Shown here in pieces: positions 29,876 through 39,372 of a stretch of 64,000 bases of DNA (positions are counted from its first letter, which is position 1; the number at the start of each line of letters is the position of its first letter). Source of the DNA: an uncultured cyanobacterium (GTDB lineage Bacteria > Cyanobacteriota > Cyanobacteriia > Pseudanabaenales > Pseudanabaenaceae). The DNA is taken from NCBI GenBank assembly GCA_963703315.1, contig OY969811.1:3040001-3104000 (forward strand), in the 5' to 3' direction. Position numbers and translations under genes: made by a program. Under the pieces are notes generated by a model. That model made no database searches. It was not told where the DNA came from and worked only from the letters and a program-made list of their open reading frames with translations.

Positions 29876-30658
29876 ATGATCGAACAAATTACGCCCTTAA
29901 TTCTTACCTATAATGAAGCTCCCAATATCAAGCGCACCTTAGATCAATTACTTTGGGCAGAAAGAATTGTCGTCATCGATAGTTTTAGTGATGATGAAAC
30001 CTTAGATATTTTAGCTAGTTATCCCCAAGTAGAAGTTGTGCAACGTAAATTTGACAACCATACGGATCAATGGAATTACGGGTTAACCCAAGTAAAATCT
30101 GAATGGGTACTCTCTCTTGATGCTGATTATTTATTGTCAGAGGAACTAGCGCGAGAAATCCAATCAGTGATTGAAAATGAAAAATCTCAATTGATCGATG
30201 GATATTTCGCTCAGTTCCGCTATTGTGTATTTGGGAAGCCATTGAGAGCAACTTTGTTACCACCTCGTCAAGTTCTATTTCGTCCAAACAAAGCTATTTA
30301 TATAGACGATGGACATACACAGTTACTCCAAATGCGTGGTCAATCGGGAAATCTCAAAGCTTATATAGATCATGACGATCGCAAATCATTAAGTCGCTGG
30401 TTGCAATCGCAAGATCGCTATATGCAACTTGAGGCAAAGAAATTGTTGAGTACGCCGTCAAACCAATTAAGTTTAGGCGATCGCCTCCGCAAGCAAAAAG
30501 TAATCGCTCCGATAGTGATTTTGGTGTACTGCCTAGTTCTCAAGGGTGGAGTTTGCGATGGATGGGCAGGTTGGTATTATGCTTGGCAAAGAATGCTAGC
30601 TGAAGTTTTATTAGCGATTCGCTTAATTGAGTTTGAGCGCAATGAGCAATCCCCATAA
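29876..30658 (+). CDS. Glycosyltransferase family 2
   Basis: ILTYNE, IDSFSDD.T, LSLDAD. Confidence 0.9.
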   Translation: MIEQITPLILTYNEAPNIKRTLDQLLWAERIVVIDSFSDDETLDILASYPQVEVVQRKFDNHTDQWNYGLTQVKSEWVLSLDADYLLSEELAREIQSVIENEKSQLIDGYFAQFRYCVFGKPLRATLLPPRQVLFRPNKAIYIDDGHTQLLQMRGQSGNLKAYIDHDDRKSLSRWLQSQDRYMQLEAKKLLSTPSNQLSLGDRLRKQKVIAPIVILVYCLVLKGGVCDGWAGWYYAWQRMLAEVLLAIRLIEFERNEQSP

Positions 30659-30691
30659 GAGAAAGAGCGATGCGTTGCATCGCTCTTTCTC

Positions 30692-31264
30692 TTATGGATT
30701 TCTTCTTTGAGCAGTTGTAGTAGTGGGCATGATGCCGTCATTATTGGGTGAAGCGATTTCAGACGGGTCAAGTAACTTAATTGTCATTTGATTATTTTTG
30801 ATCCAGCCCTGCTTTCTTAAAAATATCTCTTGAGACTTACCAGAGTTTAGAGTTTGAGGTAATTTTTCTCTTAAGACATTTACCTTCTGCTCGACCGAGT
30901 TTACCTCATTGATGATTTCATCAAGGCGCTCTTTTTGGGATGACTGATAAGGAAGTAATTTGGTGATTGCCGCGATCGCTGCGAGCGACAGGGCGACATT
31001 GACCGCAATTACGATAATTGCCTCAGTTGCCTTAGACCGACAATACTGTTCGCGTTTGCGCTGGACATTTTGCGCGATCGCCTCACTATAGGGATTTGCC
31101 CCATTAAAGGCAGATGGCGAGTTAGTACTAGAGGTCGCATGGTTACTATGCGAAGACATACTCACAACATCATTTCGCCCGTACTGATCCTGCGATCGCA
31201 GGTTTTGTCTTGGTACTTGTGCAGAAAAGCGCGGAGATAAGTTTCGTTTAGCGACCATTTGCAA
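30692..31264 (-). CDS. Membrane-anchored coiled-coil protein (slr1601-like, possibly cell division)
   Basis: One TM followed by KLLPYQ and a coiled coil. Confidence 0.55.
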   Translation of the reverse strand: MQMVAKRNLSPRFSAQVPRQNLRSQDQYGRNDVVSMSSHSNHATSSTNSPSAFNGANPYSEAIAQNVQRKREQYCRSKATEAIIVIAVNVALSLAAIAAITKLLPYQSSQKERLDEIINEVNSVEQKVNVLREKLPQTLNSGKSQEIFLRKQGWIKNNQMTIKLLDPSEIASPNNDGIMPTTTTAQRRNP

Positions 31265-31296
31265 CCTCTAGGCTATAAAAATAGGTATTATGAGGA

Positions 31297-31395
31297 CTAA
31301 GAATTGGAAAGAGCGGAACCTAAGAGAACTGCTAATACTGCGGGAAACAGAGCAACTAGTAGTGCGGTGAAAACTTGAGCATCTGAGAGGTTCAT
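31297..31395 (-). CDS. psaM: Photosystem I subunit XII (not in ORF track)
   Basis: Manual translation MNLSDAQVFTALLVALFPAVLAVLLGSALSNS; AGGAG upstream. Confidence 0.85.
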   Translation of the reverse strand: MNLSDAQVFTALLVALFPAVLAVLLGSALSNS

Positions 31396-31530
31396 AGAAT
31401 ATCTCCTAAATATAGTTTATATAAGTGATTATTTCGATCTTAACAATACACTGTCATATCCAAAAATAAAACCAAAAACTTAGTACAAATATGCTTTGCA
31501 TATCTTTACTAACGTTTACTAATATTTACG

Positions 31531-31623
31531 AAGTAGCTGGGCGCAATTACATATAAGATCCAAAAACCTGTGGCGCACGCGCAGCGTGCGCCACAGGTTT
31601 TTGGGATTGTGCCGAGGCACTTA
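31531..31623. repeat. Family A mini-element; its terminal TTA is the esterase stop codon
   Basis: AAGTAGCTGGGCGCAATT...GTGGCGCACGC-GCA-GCGTGCGCCAC...CACTTA. Confidence 0.7.
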
Positions 31624-32253
31624 ATTTTGGTGTTCTAGGATGAATTGCTGAATGCGATCGCAAGTTTCAGGACGAATCTCATGAGCCATTTCGTACTCTT
31701 CATAGTCCACGCTTGCACCTAAACCCTCAAATACTTGTTTGGCATTACGCGCCGCACCAATCGGAACTACAGTATCCTCTGAGCCATGAGCAATAAAAAT
31801 CGGTGGAAATTTTTCATTGGCAAACTCCTGTAATTCCTCTTCTGAAATATGCAAATATCCACTTAGGGAAATTAACCCTGCTAAGGGAAATCCTAAGCCA
31901 ACATCTAAGGTCATTGCTCCGCCTTGTGAGAAACCTAATAGAAATGTCTTCTCTAGGGGAATACCAGTAAGTGATGGTAAATCTTCAAGGAATTGACTGA
32001 GTAGTTCACAGCTTTTAGCTAAACCTTCAGCATCAAGGCTTTGGAGGTCGTACCACATTTTGCCATTGGGCATCGGATGGTTAAATGGGGCTTCAGGACA
32101 AATCCATTGATAATTAGCAAGTCCGACTAATGGGGCAAGGGAAACTAAATCATCACAGTTTGCTCCCCAGCCATGCAGGGCGACGATCGCACCTTGGGCA
32201 TCGGGATTGGGTAATTGCGTAGGCAGCGATCGGTAATTTAAGGTCATGAGCAA
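31621..32253 (-). CDS. Alpha/beta hydrolase (carboxylesterase/phospholipase)
   Basis: LHGWGAN, GFSQGG, HGSED.VVP, HEI. Confidence 0.92.
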   Translation of the reverse strand: MLMTLNYRSLPTQLPNPDAQGAIVALHGWGANCDDLVSLAPLVGLANYQWICPEAPFNHPMPNGKMWYDLQSLDAEGLAKSCELLSQFLEDLPSLTGIPLEKTFLLGFSQGGAMTLDVGLGFPLAGLISLSGYLHISEEELQEFANEKFPPIFIAHGSEDTVVPIGAARNAKQVFEGLGASVDYEEYEMAHEIRPETCDRIQQFILEHQN

Positions 32254-32283
32254 AATTATATATTTATATAGCGATCGCCTAAT

Positions 32284-32892
32284 TTATGGTAGCAATCCAT
32301 AATTGGGAGCTGCATCTAGCGAGATGTCTGGCAGATGACGCAGCATAGCATCCCATGTCGTTTGTGATTGCAGCGACTTGATAACTAGAGGCAAGGGTTC
32401 GGCAAGAATGGCGGGGAAATTTGCTTCTTCAGAGAACTGCGTTTTAAAGGCTAATTGTTCATGGGGCGGTGTGAATTGCGCGTTGACTCCAGCTTTGTTG
32501 CCTCTAGCATCCACTCTATACCAACCAAATTCAGGTAAATAGATCGCATTAAACCCATGCAAACAATAAGGAGCGCCTTGATCATCAATGCTTAATCTCT
32601 GATAACAAAATCCTGTAGGAATCTGATTGGCGCGGAGTAAGGCGGTGAGGAGATGGCTCTTGGCATAGCAATAACCTGTTTTGTATTGCAGTACATCTGA
32701 CGATCGCCAAGTTACAGGATTCATTTGATAGTCAGAACTATGACGGATCTCGTCACGTACCCATTCAAAGCAAGCCTTGGCGATCTCTTCTGATGTTTGA
32801 TGACCCGATGCGATTTGGTGAGCGCATTTGATGATTTCGGGATGTTGCCAATCAATAACTACACTAACTTGTAAATAATCTTCCATCTTCAA
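32284..32892 (-). CDS. Transglutaminase-like protein
   Basis: GYCYAKSHLL.ALLR, HGFN, WYRVDARG. Confidence 0.88.
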   Translation of the reverse strand: MKMEDYLQVSVVIDWQHPEIIKCAHQIASGHQTSEEIAKACFEWVRDEIRHSSDYQMNPVTWRSSDVLQYKTGYCYAKSHLLTALLRANQIPTGFCYQRLSIDDQGAPYCLHGFNAIYLPEFGWYRVDARGNKAGVNAQFTPPHEQLAFKTQFSEEANFPAILAEPLPLVIKSLQSQTTWDAMLRHLPDISLDAAPNYGLLP

Positions 32893-33041
32893 AAGCTTGG
32901 ACTCTCACCTGCGGAATTTTTTGGACTTTAAGGAGCAAATGGTAAGGCTTATCAACATCGCTTACAATAAAAACGCATAGAAAATGCACTTTTAAAAATC
33001 AAATCATAAAACCTTCTAAAAACTGCTGGAGAAATGCCTGA

Positions 33042-34121
33042 ATGCAACTCGTCGCGCTTCAGAACTTACTAGATAACACCTCATTTGCGATCCTTTTTAC
33101 GACTATGCTCGTTTTTTGGATTCATGTCGCATTTCCGACTTTGCCCTATCTGCGATCGCTAGGAAATGCAGGCATGGCGATCGCCAATCTTTGTATTGCT
33201 GCATTACTGGGAGCGCGTTGGATTGATGCAGGCTATTTCCCACTCAGCAATCTTTACGAATCACTATTTTTCTTGGCATGGGGCATTACGACCATGCACC
33301 TTGTGGTTGATCGCATTGGCAATAAGAGCGCTAACGATACTGCCAAACGCTTGATTGGGGCATTTACTTCACCGATGGCAATGGGAATCACTGCCTTTGC
33401 AGCTTTAGCTTTACCTTTAGAGATGCAGTTGTCAGAGCCATTAGTCCCTGCTCTGAAGTCCAACTGGCTAATGATGCACGTTACGGTGATGCTGCTGAGC
33501 TATGCTGCTTTGATGACAGGCAGTATTTTAGCGATCGCCTTTTTGATTGTTACTCGCGGTCAAGAAGTCGTTTTACAGGGCAGTTCCTTCGGTACAAATC
33601 TTCGCAGTGTGAAGGACACAAAACATTCTAATTCACAATCTAATCCTGAGACTTTTGCTGCATTTGCCGTTGAAGGTATGGGCAGTGTTTTAAGTGCAGC
33701 TAATTTACCATCGGTAAATACGGCAGCAAATATGTCAGCAAATACAGCTACATTAGTTTCTGAAAATATTACCCAGACAAAACCGCTATCTTTGCGTCGT
33801 CTTACCCTTGGCGAGACTTTGGACAATCTCAGTTATCGGGCGATCGGGCTAGGTTTTCCGCTACTGACGATCGGTATCATCGCTGGGGGGGTATGGGCAA
33901 ATGAAGCATGGGGTTCGTATTGGAGTTGGGATCCTAAGGAAACGTGGTCTTTAATTACATGGTTAGTATTTGCAGCTTATTTACATACGCGCATTACCAA
34001 AGGTTGGCAGGGACGTAAGCCTGCAATTTTAGCAAGTGTGGGCTTATTAGTAGTGTGGACTTGCTATCTCGGTGTAAACCTGCTCGGTAAAGGTTTGCAT
34101 AGTTATGGCTGGTTCCTCTAG
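33042..34121 (+). CDS. ccsA: Cytochrome c biogenesis protein CcsA (CcsB/Ycf5 type)
   Basis: [18 protein letters not shown] (WWD domain), WLMMHV. Confidence 0.96.
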   Translation: MQLVALQNLLDNTSFAILFTTMLVFWIHVAFPTLPYLRSLGNAGMAIANLCIAALLGARWIDAGYFPLSNLYESLFFLAWGITTMHLVVDRIGNKSANDTAKRLIGAFTSPMAMGITAFAALALPLEMQLSEPLVPALKSNWLMMHVTVMLLSYAALMTGSILAIAFLIVTRGQEVVLQGSSFGTNLRSVKDTKHSNSQSNPETFAAFAVEGMGSVLSAANLPSVNTAANMSANTATLVSENITQTKPLSLRRLTLGETLDNLSYRAIGLGFPLLTIGIIAGGVWANEAWGSYWSWDPKETWSLITWLVFAAYLHTRITKGWQGRKPAILASVGLLVVWTCYLGVNLLGKGLHSYGWFL

Positions 34122-34224
34122 TTCAACCAAAGCTTCGCAAATCCCGTAAAAGCAAAAGGTGGCGCAATGCGCCACCTTTTGCTTTGCTATACAAGAGATT
34201 TTTTAGCGCGAAGCGCTATATTTT

Positions 34225-34869
34225 CTAGCGATCGCTTAACTCTTGTTGTAGTTTAGGCAGACTCTCTAATTCAAATACAGTGATTTGTCCAGAATTAGCG
34301 CCCCCCCTGCCATTTTGAAGTAACTCCACCCAATAGCCATATTTTTTACCTTGACGGACTTCCCCTTGCAAAGCCCACAGAATTGCGGAAGCGTTCTTGC
34401 TGCGCGATCGCTGCACCATTGCCGCAGTGGGATAGGCATACACCCGTTTAGCAGTAGCATAATCGCGCATTACTTCAGGACCATAAATAGAACGTAATGA
34501 CTCTTCTAGACGCGATCGCGTGACACCATTGACGATATCCACAAATCTAATCTGCTCACTTCTAATCAAGTTAGCATCGCTACTCTTGATGGTAGCTATT
34601 CCTGGTAGCACGACACTGGCTTGAAATTGAAAGCGTCTTGATGGCGTATCACTTTTTTTTACCAACAGTCTTTCACCTGCTTCTGGACGTAAGGCAGGAT
34701 TGGTTCTAATCCAATCGATAACTTGATCGGGCGTTTGACCGGGTAAAGCGATCGCCGATGGGATCGTTTGCCATGCAGTCGGCACAGCAATGCTTAATAT
34801 TTGCGTCAAAAGCGTTGTAGCGATCGCCGTTTTCACATGGTTAATGTTTGCGCTCTTAAAGCAATTCAT
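34225..34869 (-). CDS. Exported hypothetical protein
   Basis: 214-aa ORF, signal-like N-terminus, ALPGQ. Confidence 0.7.
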   Translation of the reverse strand: MNCFKSANINHVKTAIATTLLTQILSIAVPTAWQTIPSAIALPGQTPDQVIDWIRTNPALRPEAGERLLVKKSDTPSRRFQFQASVVLPGIATIKSSDANLIRSEQIRFVDIVNGVTRSRLEESLRSIYGPEVMRDYATAKRVYAYPTAAMVQRSRSKNASAILWALQGEVRQGKKYGYWVELLQNGRGGANSGQITVFELESLPKLQQELSDR

Positions 34870-35068
34870 GAGATTCCTCTACACCAATTAAATCCTAGTA
34901 GACAAATTTAGCTGGCAAATAATGGCTGACAGAATATCATGGACTGGCGTAATTGCAATGACTTTTTCAGTCTTTTTCCGATATTTTTAGGACATCTGTC
35001 GCCGTAGTGTCATTTTTTATTCGTACCCATAGAATAGAACTGTAGATACTGTCTTGAGTACCAAAAAG

Positions 35069-36055
35069 TCAAGAGGGAATTTGAACAAAATTTGGGTCGA
35101 AAGAACGCTGAGACTTGAGAACGCCAAAGACCTGTCGTAACAGCTTGTGCATGACAGCCCCAATGACAGACATTTTGGACTTACCCTTAGCCGTAAGGCG
35201 AGCGCAGAAAGCAGCAATCGGCAAATTATAACGACGGGCAACAATCGCAGGCATAAACAAAGCTTTACGCAAACGCGAATTACCAATTTTAGATAAACGT
35301 GGCTTACCATGAATCGAAGAACCAGATGAGAACTCACGGGGAGTTAAACCCGCAAAAGCTGCCAGTTGATCAGCAGTATCAAAGGCAGAAATATCCCGAA
35401 TTTCCGCCAGTAATATAGTTGCGGTCAGTTCAGCAATACCAGGAATAGAAGTCAACAAATCCCGTTGAGATTTCAAATGAGGGTGTTGATCAAAGTGCTG
35501 ACGGATCAATTTTTTGGTCATCTCAATTTGCTCTTTGAGAAAATCAATGTGAGCATTAATTGCCTCAACCAAAATTGGATCAGCCGTAGCAAGACGATTC
35601 TGCTCTTGCTGCTGCATAGCAGTTAAGCTATCTAAACGATGCACCAATGCTTGTAGTTGCTCAATTTCTAATGCTGGTGGTGTCCAAAGAGCAGGTTTTA
35701 AGGCTGCACAAAATCTAGCAATGACTTTAGCATCAGCACGGTCAGTCTTTGTACGACTTAACTCACTCTTGCCAAAGGCTTTGGGACGGGATGGATTAAC
35801 AATACTTACTTTGTATCCTGCCTCTACTAAGAATCTAGCTAACCCATTGCCGTAAGTGCTGGTAGCTTCCATACAACTATGCAAGTTTGTCACATTTTGA
35901 AGGTTTAGCCATTCTTGTAATTCAGCAAATCCTTCAGGATTGTTGGCAAATACTTTGCTCTTGATTTTGGCGTTGCCTTGGATTAGAGCAACATCAAATT
36001 TGGCTTTGCTGATATCTATTCCTAAAACATCATATACTTCATTGTTATTGTTCAT
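35069..36055 (-). CDS. IS110 DEDD recombinase
   Basis: GIDISK, MEATS, KTDRAD, SIPGI, AFAGLTP..FSSGSS. Confidence 0.96.
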   Translation of the reverse strand: MNNNNEVYDVLGIDISKAKFDVALIQGNAKIKSKVFANNPEGFAELQEWLNLQNVTNLHSCMEATSTYGNGLARFLVEAGYKVSIVNPSRPKAFGKSELSRTKTDRADAKVIARFCAALKPALWTPPALEIEQLQALVHRLDSLTAMQQQEQNRLATADPILVEAINAHIDFLKEQIEMTKKLIRQHFDQHPHLKSQRDLLTSIPGIAELTATILLAEIRDISAFDTADQLAAFAGLTPREFSSGSSIHGKPRLSKIGNSRLRKALFMPAIVARRYNLPIAAFCARLTAKGKSKMSVIGAVMHKLLRQVFGVLKSQRSFDPNFVQIPS

Positions 36056-36091
36056 TGGGGGCAGTCCTCTTGCTAGATTTGTCCATCAAGC

Positions 36092-36300
36092 AATCAGTGG
36101 TATTGAACTATCCTTGTGAATGCAGGTTTACCCGTTGGGCGACCTCTGATACTGTCCAGTCTTTACTTGTTTCCACTGTTTAAGCAGAGACGACTCTATC
36201 TACAAAACGGGCTTGGTGTCCCTAGGGGCAGATCGAGTTTATCTCTGCTTTTGCTTTTTCGGATTGTAGTAAAGATTTTATCCTTTACTTTTCCTCCTAG
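36092..36300 (-). ncRNA. Predicted bridge RNA of IS110 copy L
   Basis: Mirror of copy R; guides at 36224-32, 36200-04, 36148-55, 36113-17; ends approximate. Confidence 0.8.
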
Positions 36301-36307
36301 ATACAAG

Positions 36308-36482
36308 GGGCAGAGCATTCCCGCAGGAATTTATACATTTTTAGATAATCCTCCTTTGGGAATGCTCTGCCCAAAACCTCGCAACGCAGGGAAAAATTGT
36401 CTGTAAAAGCATAAAGGGCAGAGCATTTGCGGAACGAGATTTGTGTGATGGGTTTTCAAATTGTGGCGCAAATGCTCTGCCC
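36308..36482. repeat. REP/REPIN doublet, occupied at both ends by IS110
   Basis: Homologous to reverse complement of 18552-18734; removing both IS restores GTAGGGGC...GCCCCTAC. Confidence 0.9.
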
Positions 36483-36489
36483 CTTGTAT

Positions 36490-36698
36490 CTAGGAGGAAA
36501 AGTAAAGGATAAAATCTTTACTACAATCCGAAAAAGCAAAAGCAGAGATAAACTCGATCTGCCCCTAGGGACACCAAGCCCGTTTTGTAGATAGAGTCGT
36601 CTCTGCTTAAACAGTGGAAACAAGTAAAGACTGGACAGTATCAGAGGTCGCCCAACGGGTAAACCTGCATTCACAAGGATAGTTCAATACCACTGATT
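36490..36698 (+). ncRNA. Predicted bridge RNA of IS110 copy R
   Basis: 5' hairpin, target loop (TCTGCCCCT 36558-66, TGTAG 36586-90), donor loop (ACAGTATC 36635-42, ACAAG 36673-77); ends approximate. Confidence 0.82.
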
Positions 36699-36735
36699 GC
36701 TTGATGGACAAATCTAGCAAGAGGACTGCCCCCCA

Positions 36736-37722
36736 ATGAACAATAACAATGAAGTATATGATGTTTTAGGAATAGATATCAGCAAAGCCAAATTTGATGT
36801 TGCTCTAATCCAAGGCAACGCCAAAATCAAGAGCAAAGTATTTGCCAACAATCCTGAAGGATTTGCTGAATTACAAGAATGGCTAAACCTTCAAAATGTG
36901 ACAAACTTGCATAGTTGTATGGAAGCTACCAGCACTTACGGCAATGGGTTAGCTAGATTCTTAGTAGAGGCAGGATACAAAGTAAGTATTGTTAATCCAT
37001 CCCGTCCCAAAGCCTTTGGCAAGAGTGAGTTAAGTCGTACAAAGACTGACCGTGCTGATGCTAAAGTCATTGCTAGATTTTGTGCAGCCTTAAAACCTGC
37101 TCTTTGGACACCACCAGCATTAGAAATTGAGCAACTACAAGCATTGGTGCATCGTTTAGATAGCTTAACTGCTATGCAGCAGCAAGAGCAGAATCGTCTT
37201 GCTACGGCTGATCCAATTTTGGTTGAGGCAATTAATGCTCACATTGATTTTCTCAAAGAGCAAATTGAGATGACCAAAAAATTGATCCGTCAGCACTTTG
37301 ATCAACACCCTCATTTGAAATCTCAACGGGATTTGTTGACTTCTATTCCTGGTATTGCTGAACTGACCGCAACTATATTACTGGCGGAAATTCGGGATAT
37401 TTCTGCCTTTGATACTGCTGATCAACTGGCAGCTTTTGCGGGTTTAACTCCCCGTGAGTTCTCATCTGGTTCTTCGATTCATGGTAAGCCACGTTTATCT
37501 AAAATTGGTAATTCGCGTTTGCGTAAAGCTTTGTTTATGCCTGCGATTGTTGCCCGTCGTTATAATTTGCCGATTGCTGCTTTCTGCGCTCGCCTTACGG
37601 CTAAGGGTAAGTCCAAAATGTCTGTCATTGGGGCTGTCATGCACAAGCTGTTACGACAGGTCTTTGGCGTTCTCAAGTCTCAGCGTTCTTTCGACCCAAA
37701 TTTTGTTCAAATTCCCTCTTGA
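36736..37722 (+). CDS. IS110 DEDD recombinase
   Basis: Protein identical to 35069-36055. Confidence 0.96.
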   Translation: MNNNNEVYDVLGIDISKAKFDVALIQGNAKIKSKVFANNPEGFAELQEWLNLQNVTNLHSCMEATSTYGNGLARFLVEAGYKVSIVNPSRPKAFGKSELSRTKTDRADAKVIARFCAALKPALWTPPALEIEQLQALVHRLDSLTAMQQQEQNRLATADPILVEAINAHIDFLKEQIEMTKKLIRQHFDQHPHLKSQRDLLTSIPGIAELTATILLAEIRDISAFDTADQLAAFAGLTPREFSSGSSIHGKPRLSKIGNSRLRKALFMPAIVARRYNLPIAAFCARLTAKGKSKMSVIGAVMHKLLRQVFGVLKSQRSFDPNFVQIPS

Positions 37723-37864
37723 CTTTTTGGTACTCAAGACAGTATCTACGTTTTTGTTGCGATAAATCACTGATGGTGCAATAGGTAAGCTTTCGTGAAA
37801 ATGCTTTGATAGTAAGGACTTGCAGCTTTATTCCAAAGAAATCAAAAAAAACATGCTCAAGGTA

Positions 37865-37893
37865 TTGACAAACCTTTTGTAAATCTCCATAAT
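37865..37893 (+). promoter_or_regulatory. Sigma70-type promoter of tRNA-Asp
   Basis: TTGACA-N17-CATAAT. Confidence 0.75.
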
Positions 37894-37982
37894 AAGGAGC
37901 GCTTAAATAAAGAAACGCAAAAACCGCGCTGCAAACCAGTTGGTAGCAAGCAATTCTTTAAATAAAGTTTAAGCAAAAATTT

Positions 37983-38056
37983 GGGTTCGTAGTTCAATTG
38001 GTTAGAGCACCGCCCTGTCACGGCGGAAGTTGCGGGTTCGAGCCCCGTCGAACCCG
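37983..38056 (+). tRNA. trnD: tRNA-Asp(GTC)
   Basis: GGGTTCG/CGAACCC acceptor stem, CCGCC-CT-GTC-AC-GGCGG anticodon arm, GTTCGAG T loop; CCA not encoded. Confidence 0.97.
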
Positions 38057-38083
38057 TTCTAGATAAGAATTTTAATAAGAATT

Positions 38084-39154
38084 TTATTTATCATCAGACC
38101 ATCCTAAAAGATTAGATAGCCAACCACGTTTTTGTGGCGGTGCAATAAGTGGCTTTTTTGTGGAATTTGGCTTAGGCAATTTTTTCGCAGTTGCGCTTTG
38201 AGCAGAATTAGGATTGCTCAGATCCTTGATGTGTTTTAATGCCAATGGCTCCTGCGGATTAATCTGAAGCGATCGCATCAGGCTAACTTTTGCCATTTGG
38301 GGCTGATCAATATTTTTGTAAACCACACCGAGCATGGCGTGACATTTGCTACTGTTTTTATCGAGTTGCAAAATCTCGCGCAAATCCTTGAGGGCAGCTT
38401 TCCAATCACCCTGACTCATGTAGATTTCACAAATTTTGAGGCGGTCAGCGATCGCGCTCGGATCTCTTGGCTCAATTCTGGTCTGGATTATCGTTTCATC
38501 GGAAGATGGCGAATTAGGAGATTTGTGACTTGATGAAGAGGAAGTAGGATAAGCGTAACTAGATTTTGCAAGTGATTGGGGATAGGTGGGCATCACCAGT
38601 GGTTTCTGCACCATCGGTTCCAGTACAGGTGGCATATCGGGATCGCCATATTGGTAGCCTTCCTTATAAAGGATATACACCAAATTTAGTTCACTGATCT
38701 GGGCTGTATATTCGAGAATATTATCTAGAGATTGATATTGTAATTTTGCGATCGCGGAAACTGAACGCTCGTAATATCCATCATTAGGAGCTAGCATAAA
38801 CTCACAGGCTAAAGCCGAATGAATTTGAACATTACGCGATTTTTGCATCAGCCGCTTAGCTAGTAACTTAAAGATCCCTTGATAAGCCTTGCGTTCTTCC
38901 TCTTTCATGAGAATGTCGTAGGCAGGATTGACCAGCTTTGCCAAATACTGAGTTGCTACAGCTTTTTCTTTAGCCGAAAAGCCATATACGTCAGGGTGCA
39001 AAATACGAGCAATACTCAGATAGACATGACGAATGTAAATGGGGCTGGTGATAATTGGCAAGCCCAAGGCAGCGTAGTAGTCATGATTGAACTGACTAAT
39101 GCCTCGATTGATGCGGATAAGCTGGAGATTTTGCTCCTTGGGCAGTTGATTCAT
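38084..39154 (-). CDS. J-domain and TPR protein
   Basis: DYYAALG...LHPD...VNPAY; C-terminal TPR. Confidence 0.85.
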   Translation of the reverse strand: MNQLPKEQNLQLIRINRGISQFNHDYYAALGLPIITSPIYIRHVYLSIARILHPDVYGFSAKEKAVATQYLAKLVNPAYDILMKEEERKAYQGIFKLLAKRLMQKSRNVQIHSALACEFMLAPNDGYYERSVSAIAKLQYQSLDNILEYTAQISELNLVYILYKEGYQYGDPDMPPVLEPMVQKPLVMPTYPQSLAKSSYAYPTSSSSSHKSPNSPSSDETIIQTRIEPRDPSAIADRLKICEIYMSQGDWKAALKDLREILQLDKNSSKCHAMLGVVYKNIDQPQMAKVSLMRSLQINPQEPLALKHIKDLSNPNSAQSATAKKLPKPNSTKKPLIAPPQKRGWLSNLLGWSDDK

Positions 39155-39372
39155 AATTGCTCGCGTTGCCCATAACTAAAATGATGGTGGCAAACTGAAT
39201 TTGGCAAATACAATCTTGAAATTCAGTTCGAGATACTTTAGACTTTGCAACATTTCTAACCAAAATATTAGCTTAATCTGTATGGATCTGCGATTTGCTA
39301 AGGAATCAGATTTTTTGTGGCGCGGCTGCGCCGCGCCACAAAAAATCTGATTCCTTATTTTCCTTAATCTAA

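Larger units (their letters stand above)
35044..36307 (-). mobile_element. IS110 family (IS621-like) element, copy L
   Basis: Flanked by core AG (CT on minus strand) at 35044-45 and 36306-07; no TIRs; inverted near-identical copy of 36483-37747. Confidence 0.95.
36483..37747 (+). mobile_element. IS110 family (IS621-like) element, copy R
   Basis: Core CT at 36483-84 and 37746-47; ends TGTAT... and ...ACAGTAT. Confidence 0.95.

Noticed and set aside
36116..36674. ORFs 36116-36406 (+) and 36456-36674 (-)
   Set aside because: Antisense to the predicted bridge RNAs and duplicated only because the IS is duplicated
35017..37765. Twin ORFs MSSHLVLRF (35017-35337, 37454-37765)
   Set aside because: Alternate frames inside the recombinase genes
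37983..38056. tRNA-Asp as the attachment site of an integrated island
   Set aside because: No integrase and no duplicated tRNA 3' end seen in the window
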